The notes under the pieces were generated by a model. That model had not been told where the DNA came from and did no database searches. It saw only the letters and a program-made list of their open reading frames with translations. Positions 58,301 through 64,000 of a DNA stretch of 64,000 nt are shown in pieces (positions within the stretch are counted from its first letter, which is position 1; each line of letters begins with the position of its first letter). The translations under genes were made by a program, and so were the position numbers. This DNA is from Eledone cirrhosa. Taxonomy: Eukaryota. Location of the stretch: positions 33,170,001 to 33,234,000 of the forward strand of contig OZ024740.1 in the NCBI GenBank assembly GCA_964016885.1, given 5' to 3'.

Positions 58301-61300
58301 TATATTTCAGATAGAATGTGACCATCTATATATTTTAAATAGAAAATGACCATCTATATATTCTAGATAGAAAGTGACCGTCTATATATTTTAGATAGAA
58401 AGTGACCATCTATATATTTTAGACAGAAAGTGTTCATCTATATATTCTAGATAGAAAGTGTTCATCTATATATTCTAGATAGAAAGTGACCATCTATATA
58501 TTCCAGATAGAAAGTGTTCATCTATATATTCTAGATAGAAAGTGTTCATCTATATATTCTACATAGAAAGTGTTCATCTATATATTTTAGATAGAAAGTG
58601 TTTATTTATATATTCTAGATAGAAAGTGTTCATCTATATATTCTAGATAGAAAGTGACCATCTATATATTCTAGATAGAATGTATTCATCTATATTTTCT
58701 AGATAGAAAGTGACCATGTATATATTCTATATAGAAAGTGACCATTTATATATTTTAGATAGAAAGTGTTCATTTATATATTCTAGATAGAAAATGACCA
58801 TCTATATATTTTAGATAGAAAGTGACCATCTATATATTTTAGACAGAAAGTGTTCATCTATATATTCTAGATAGAAAGTGACCATCCATATAATCTAGAT
58901 AGAAAGTTTTCATATATATATTCTAGATAGAAAGTGACCATCTATATATTCCAGATAGAAAGTGTTCATCTATATATTCTAGATAGAAAGTGTTCATCTA
59001 TATATTCTACATAGAAAGTGTTCATCTATATATTTTAGATAGAAAGTGTTTATTTATATATTCTAGATAGAAAGTGTTCATCTATATATTCTAGATAGAA
59101 AGTGACCATCTATATATTCTAGATAGAAAATGACGATCTATATATTTCAGATAGAATGTGACCATCTATATATTTTAAATAGAAAATGACCATCTATATA
59201 TTCTACATAGAAAGTGACCATCTATATATTTTATATAGAAAGTGACCATCTATATATTTTAGACAGAAAGTGTTCATCTATATATTCTAGATAGAAAGTG
59301 TTCATCTATATATTCTAGATAGAAAGTGACCATCTATATATTCCAGATAGAAAGTGTTCATCTATATATTCTAGATAGAAAGTGTTCATCTATATATTCT
59401 ACATAGAAAGTGTTCATCTATATATTTTAGATAGAAAGTGTTTATTTATATATTCTAGATAGAAAGTGTTCATCTATATATTCTAGATAGAAAGTGACCA
59501 TCTATATAATCTAGATAGAATGTATTCATCTATATTTTCTAGATAGAAAGTGACCATCTATATATTCTAGATAGAAAGTGTTCATCTATATATTCTAGAT
59601 AGAAAGTGACTATCTATATATTTTAGATAGAAAATGACAATCTATATATTTCAGATAGAATGTGACCATCTATATATTTTAAATAGAAAATGACCATCTA
59701 TATATTCTAGATAGAAAGTGACCATCTATATATTTTAGATAGAAAGTGACCATCTATATATTTTAGACAGAAAGTGTTCATCTATATATTCTAGATAGAA
59801 AGTGTTCATCTATATATTCTAGATAGAAAGTGACCATCTATATATTCCAGATAGAAAGTGTTCATCTATATATTCTAGATAGAAAGTGTTCATCTATATA
59901 TTCTACATAGAAAGTGTTCATCTATATATTTTAGATAGAAAGTGTTTATTTATATATTCTAGATAGAAAGTGTTCATCTATATATTCTAGATAGAAAGTG
60001 ACCATCTATATATTCTAGATAGAATGTATTCATCTATATTTTCTAGATAGAAAGTGACCATCTATATATTCTAGATAGAAAGTGACCATCTATATATTCT
60101 AGATAGAAAGTGACCATCTTTATATTTTAGATAAAAAGTGTTCATCTATATATTCTAGATAGAAAGTGACCATCTATACATTCTAGATAGAGAGTGTTCC
60201 TCTATATATTCTAGATAGAAAGTGTTCATCTATATATTCCAGATAGAAAGTGTTCATCTATATATTCTAGATAGAAAGTGACCATCTATATATTCTAGAT
60301 AGAAAGTGACTATCTATATATTCTAGATAGAAAGTGACCATGTATATATTCTAGATAGAAAGTAACCATCTATATATTTTAGATTGAAAATGACCATCTA
60401 TATATATATTCTAGATAGAAAGTGTTCACATATATATTCTAGATAGAAAGTGTTCATCTATATATCCCAGATAGAAAGTGTTCATCTATATATTCTACAT
60501 AGAAAGTGTTCATCTATATATTTTAGATAGAAAGTGTTTATTTATATATTCTAGATAGAAAGTGTTCATATATATATTCCAGATAGAAAGTGTTCATCTA
60601 TATATTCTAGATAGAAAGTGACCATCTATATATTCTAGATAGAAAGTGTTCATCTATATATTCTAGATAGAAAGTGACTATCTATATATTCTAGATAGAA
60701 AATGACAATCTATATATTTCAGATAGAATGTGACCATCTATATATTTTAAATAGAAAATGACCAGCTATATATTCTAGATAGAAAGTGACCGTCTATATA
60801 TTTTAGATAGAAAGTGACCATCTATATATTTTAGACAGAAAGTGTTCATCTATATATTCTAGATAGAAAGTGTTCATCTATATATTCTAGATAGAAAGTG
60901 ACCATCTATATATTCCAGATAGAAAGTGTTCATCTATATATTCTAGATAGAAAGTGTTCATCTATATATTCTACATAGAAAGTGTTCATCTATATATTTT
61001 AGATAGAAAGTGTTTATTTATATATTCTAGATAGAAAGTGTTCATCTATATATTCTAGATAGAAAGTGACCATCTATATATTCTAGATAGAATGTATTCA
61101 TCTATATTTTCTAGATAGAAAGTGACCATGTATATATTCTATATAGAAAGTGACCATTTATATATTTTAGATAGAAAGTGTTCATTTATATATTCTAGAT
61201 AGAAAATGACCATCTATATATTTTAGATAGAAAGTGACCATCTATATATTTTAGACAGAAAGTGTTCATCTATATATTCTAGATAGAAAGTGACCATCCA

Positions 61301-64000
61301 TATAATCTAGATAGAAAGTTTTCATATATATATTCTAGATAGAAAGTGACCATCTATATATTCCAGATAGAAAGTGTTCATCTATATATTCTAGATAGAA
61401 AGTGTTCATCTATATATTCTACATAGAAAGTGTTCATCTATATATTTTAGATAGAAAGTGTTTATTTATATATTCTAGATAGAAAGTGTTCATCTATATA
61501 TTCTAGATAGAAAGTGACCATCTATATATTCTAGATAGAAAATGACGATCTATATATTTCAGATAGAATGTGACCATCTATATATTTTAAATAGAAAATG
61601 ACCATCTATATATTCTACATAGAAAGTGACCATCTATATATTTTATATAGAAAGTGACCATCTATATATTTTAGACAGAAAGTGTTCATCTATATATTCT
61701 AGATAGAAAGTGTTCATCTATATATTCTAGATAGAAAGTGACCATCTATATATTCCAGATAGAAAGTGTTCATCTATATATTCTAGATAGAAAGTGTTCA
61801 TCTATATATTCTACATAGAAAGTGTTCATCTATATATTTTAGATAGAAAGTGTTTATTTATATATTCTAGATAGAAAGTGTTCATCTATATATTCTAGAT
61901 AGAAAGTGACCATCTATATAATCTAGATAGAATGTATTCATCTATATTTTCTAGATAGAAAGTGACCATCTATATATTCTAGATAGAAAGTGTTCATCTA
62001 TATATTCTAGATAGAAAGTGACTATCTATATATTTTAGATAGAAAATGACAATCTATATATTTCAGATAGAATGTGACCATCTATATATTTTAAATAGAA
62101 AATGACCATCTATATATTCTAGATAGAAAGTGACCATCTATATATTTTAGATAGAAAGTGACCATCTATATATTTTAGACAGAAAGTGTTCATCTATATA
62201 TTCTAGATAGAAAGTGTTCATCTATATATTCTAGATAGAAAGTGACCATCTATATATTCCAGATAGAAAGTGTTCATCTATATATTCTAGATAGAAAGTG
62301 TTCATCTATATATTCTACATAGAAAGTGTTCATCTATATATTTTAGATAGAAAGTGTTTATTTATATATTCTAGATAGAAAGTGTTCATCTATATATTCT
62401 AGATAGAAAGTGACCATCTATATATTCTAGATAGAATGTATTCATCTATATTTTCTAGATAGAAAGTGACCATCTATATATTCTAGATAGAAAGTGACCA
62501 TCTATATATTCTAGATAGAAAGTGACCATCTTTATATTTTAGATAAAAAGTGTTCATCTATATATTCTAGATAGAAAGTGACCATCTATACATTCTAGAT
62601 AGAGAGTGTTCCTCTATATATTCTAGATAGAAAGTGTTCATCTATATATTCCAGATAGAAAGTGTTCATCTATATATTCTAGATAGAAAGTGACCATCTA
62701 TATATTCTAGATAGAAAGTGACCATCTATATATTCTAGATAGAAAGTGACCATGTATATATTCTAGATAGAAAGTAACCATCTATATATTTTAGATTGAA
62801 AATGACCATCTATATAAATATTCTAGATAGAAAGTGTTCACATATATATTCTAGATAGAAAGTGTTCATCTATATATCCCAGATAGAAAGTGTTCATCTA
62901 TATATTCTACATAGAAAGTGTTCATCTATATATTTTAGATAGAAAGTGTTTATTTATATATTCTAGATAGAAAGTGTTCATCTATATATTCCAGATAGAA
63001 AGTGTTCATCTATATATTCTAGATAGAAAGTGACCATCTATATATTCTAGATAGAAAGTGTTCATCTATATATTCTAGATAGAAAGTGACTATCTATATA
63101 TTCTAGATAGAAAATGACAATCTATATATTTCAGATAGAATGTGACCATCTATATATTTTAAATAGAAAATGACCATCTATATATTCTAGATAGAAAGTG
63201 ACCATCTATATATTTTAGATAGAAAGTGACCATCTATATATTTTAGACAGAAAGTGTTCATCTATATATTCTAGATAGAAAGTGTTCATCTATATATTCT
63301 AGATAGAAAGTGACCATCTATATATTCCAGATAGAAAGTGTTCATCTATATATTCTAGATAGAAAGTGTTCATCTATATATTCTACATAGAAAGTGTTCA
63401 TCTATATATTTTAGATAGAAAGTGTTTATTTATATATTCTAGATAGAAAGTGTTCATCTATATATTCTAGATAGAAAGTGACCATCTATATATTCTAGAT
63501 AGAATGTATTCATCTATATTTTCTAGATAGAAAGTGACCATCTATATATTCTATATAGAAAGTGACCATTTATATATTTTAGATAGAAAGTGTTCATTTA
63601 TATATTCTAGATAGAAAATGACCATCTATATATTTTAGATAGAAAGTGACCATCTATATATTTTAGACAGAAAGTGTTCATCTATATATTCTAGATAGAA
63701 AGTGACCATCCATATAATCTAGATAGAAAGTTTTCATATATATATTCTAGATAGAAAGTGACCATCTATATATTCCAGATAGAAAGTGTTCATCTATATA
63801 TTCTAGATAGAAAGTGTTCATCTATATATTCTACATAGAAAGTGTTCATCTAAATATTTTAGATAGAAAGTGACCATCTATATATTCTAGATAGAAAGTG
63901 TTCATCTATATATTCTAGATAGAAAGTGACTATCTATATATTCTAAATAGAAAATGACAATCTATATATTTCAGATAGAATGTGACCATCTATATATTTT
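47400..64000 (+). repeat. Domain built from a roughly 2.4-kb higher-order repeat (86 monomers/2412 bp, variant 84 monomers/2356 bp), with superimposed 1512-bp and 5160-bp duplications
   Basis: agagagtgtt at 48749, 51161, 55029, 57833, 60189, 62601. aatgacga at 50101, 52457, 53969, 56773, 59129, 61541. accagctata at 55601/60761. Confidence 0.85.

Larger units (their letters stand above)
1..64000 (+). repeat. 28-bp tandem satellite array, consensus AAGTG(AC/TT)CATCTATATATT(C/T)TAGATAGA, about 2,280 head-to-tail copies, running off both window ends
   Basis: The monomer is read directly, e.g. 1261-1288 aagtgaccatctatatattctatataga. The 28-bp phase holds throughout apart from small indels. No unique sequence or strand switch was seen. 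Confidence 0.99.

Noticed and set aside
1-64000. CRISPR array (28-bp partly palindromic repeat)
   Set aside because: Repeats are directly head-to-tail with no unique spacers, no leader and no cas genes. The 9-bp linker has essentially two states.
1-64000. Protein-coding repeat ORF on either strand
   Set aside because: TAG occurs about twice per monomer on both strands and the 28-bp period rotates the frame, so every frame meets a stop within about three monomers.
1-64000. FRT-like recombinase site or heat-shock element array (TATTCTAGATAGAAAGT)
   Set aside because: The resemblance is superficial. The 13-bp FLP-binding arms are absent, and GAA/TTC spacing does not fit nGAAnnTTCn.
1-64000. 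Telomerase-made telomeric repeat or plasmid/phage iterons
   Set aside because: Variants are inherited in long ordered blocks, which indicates recombinational amplification rather than templated addition. The array is far longer than iteron clusters, and no rep gene is present.
1-64000. Pure sequencing or rolling-circle artefact
   Set aside because: Variants recur in nested, hierarchical, position-dependent patterns rather than as random errors or a single fixed period. Individual exact duplications could still be assembly errors.
1-64000. TATA-box promoters (TATATA in every monomer)
   Set aside because: This is an intrinsic part of the AT-rich monomer, with no downstream gene or other promoter context.

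Overview
The whole 64 kb window is one uninterrupted, single-orientation tandem array of a 28-bp AT-rich monomer, consensus AAGTG(AC/TT)CATCTATATATT(C/T)TAGATAGA. It holds about 2,280 copies (64000/28) at roughly 25-29% GC per monomer. I see no genes, RNA genes, transposon insertions or CRISPR spacers. The structure lies in the order of monomer variants. Two short higher-order modules are present: an 18-monomer unit of 504 bp and a 12-monomer unit of 340 bp. Both sit inside multi-kb near-identical tandem duplications with periods of about 1608, 3324, 3484, 3028, 5164, 2412/2356, 1512 and 5160 bp. Each monomer has a near-perfect 19-bp inverted repeat, and most contain an XbaI site. This is best read as an actively expanding satellite, probably eukaryotic centromeric, pericentromeric or subtelomeric DNA. 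That assignment is inference, and I do not recognise the family or organism. Coordinates come from tracking marker variants by eye, so block boundaries are approximate to about 1-2 monomers.
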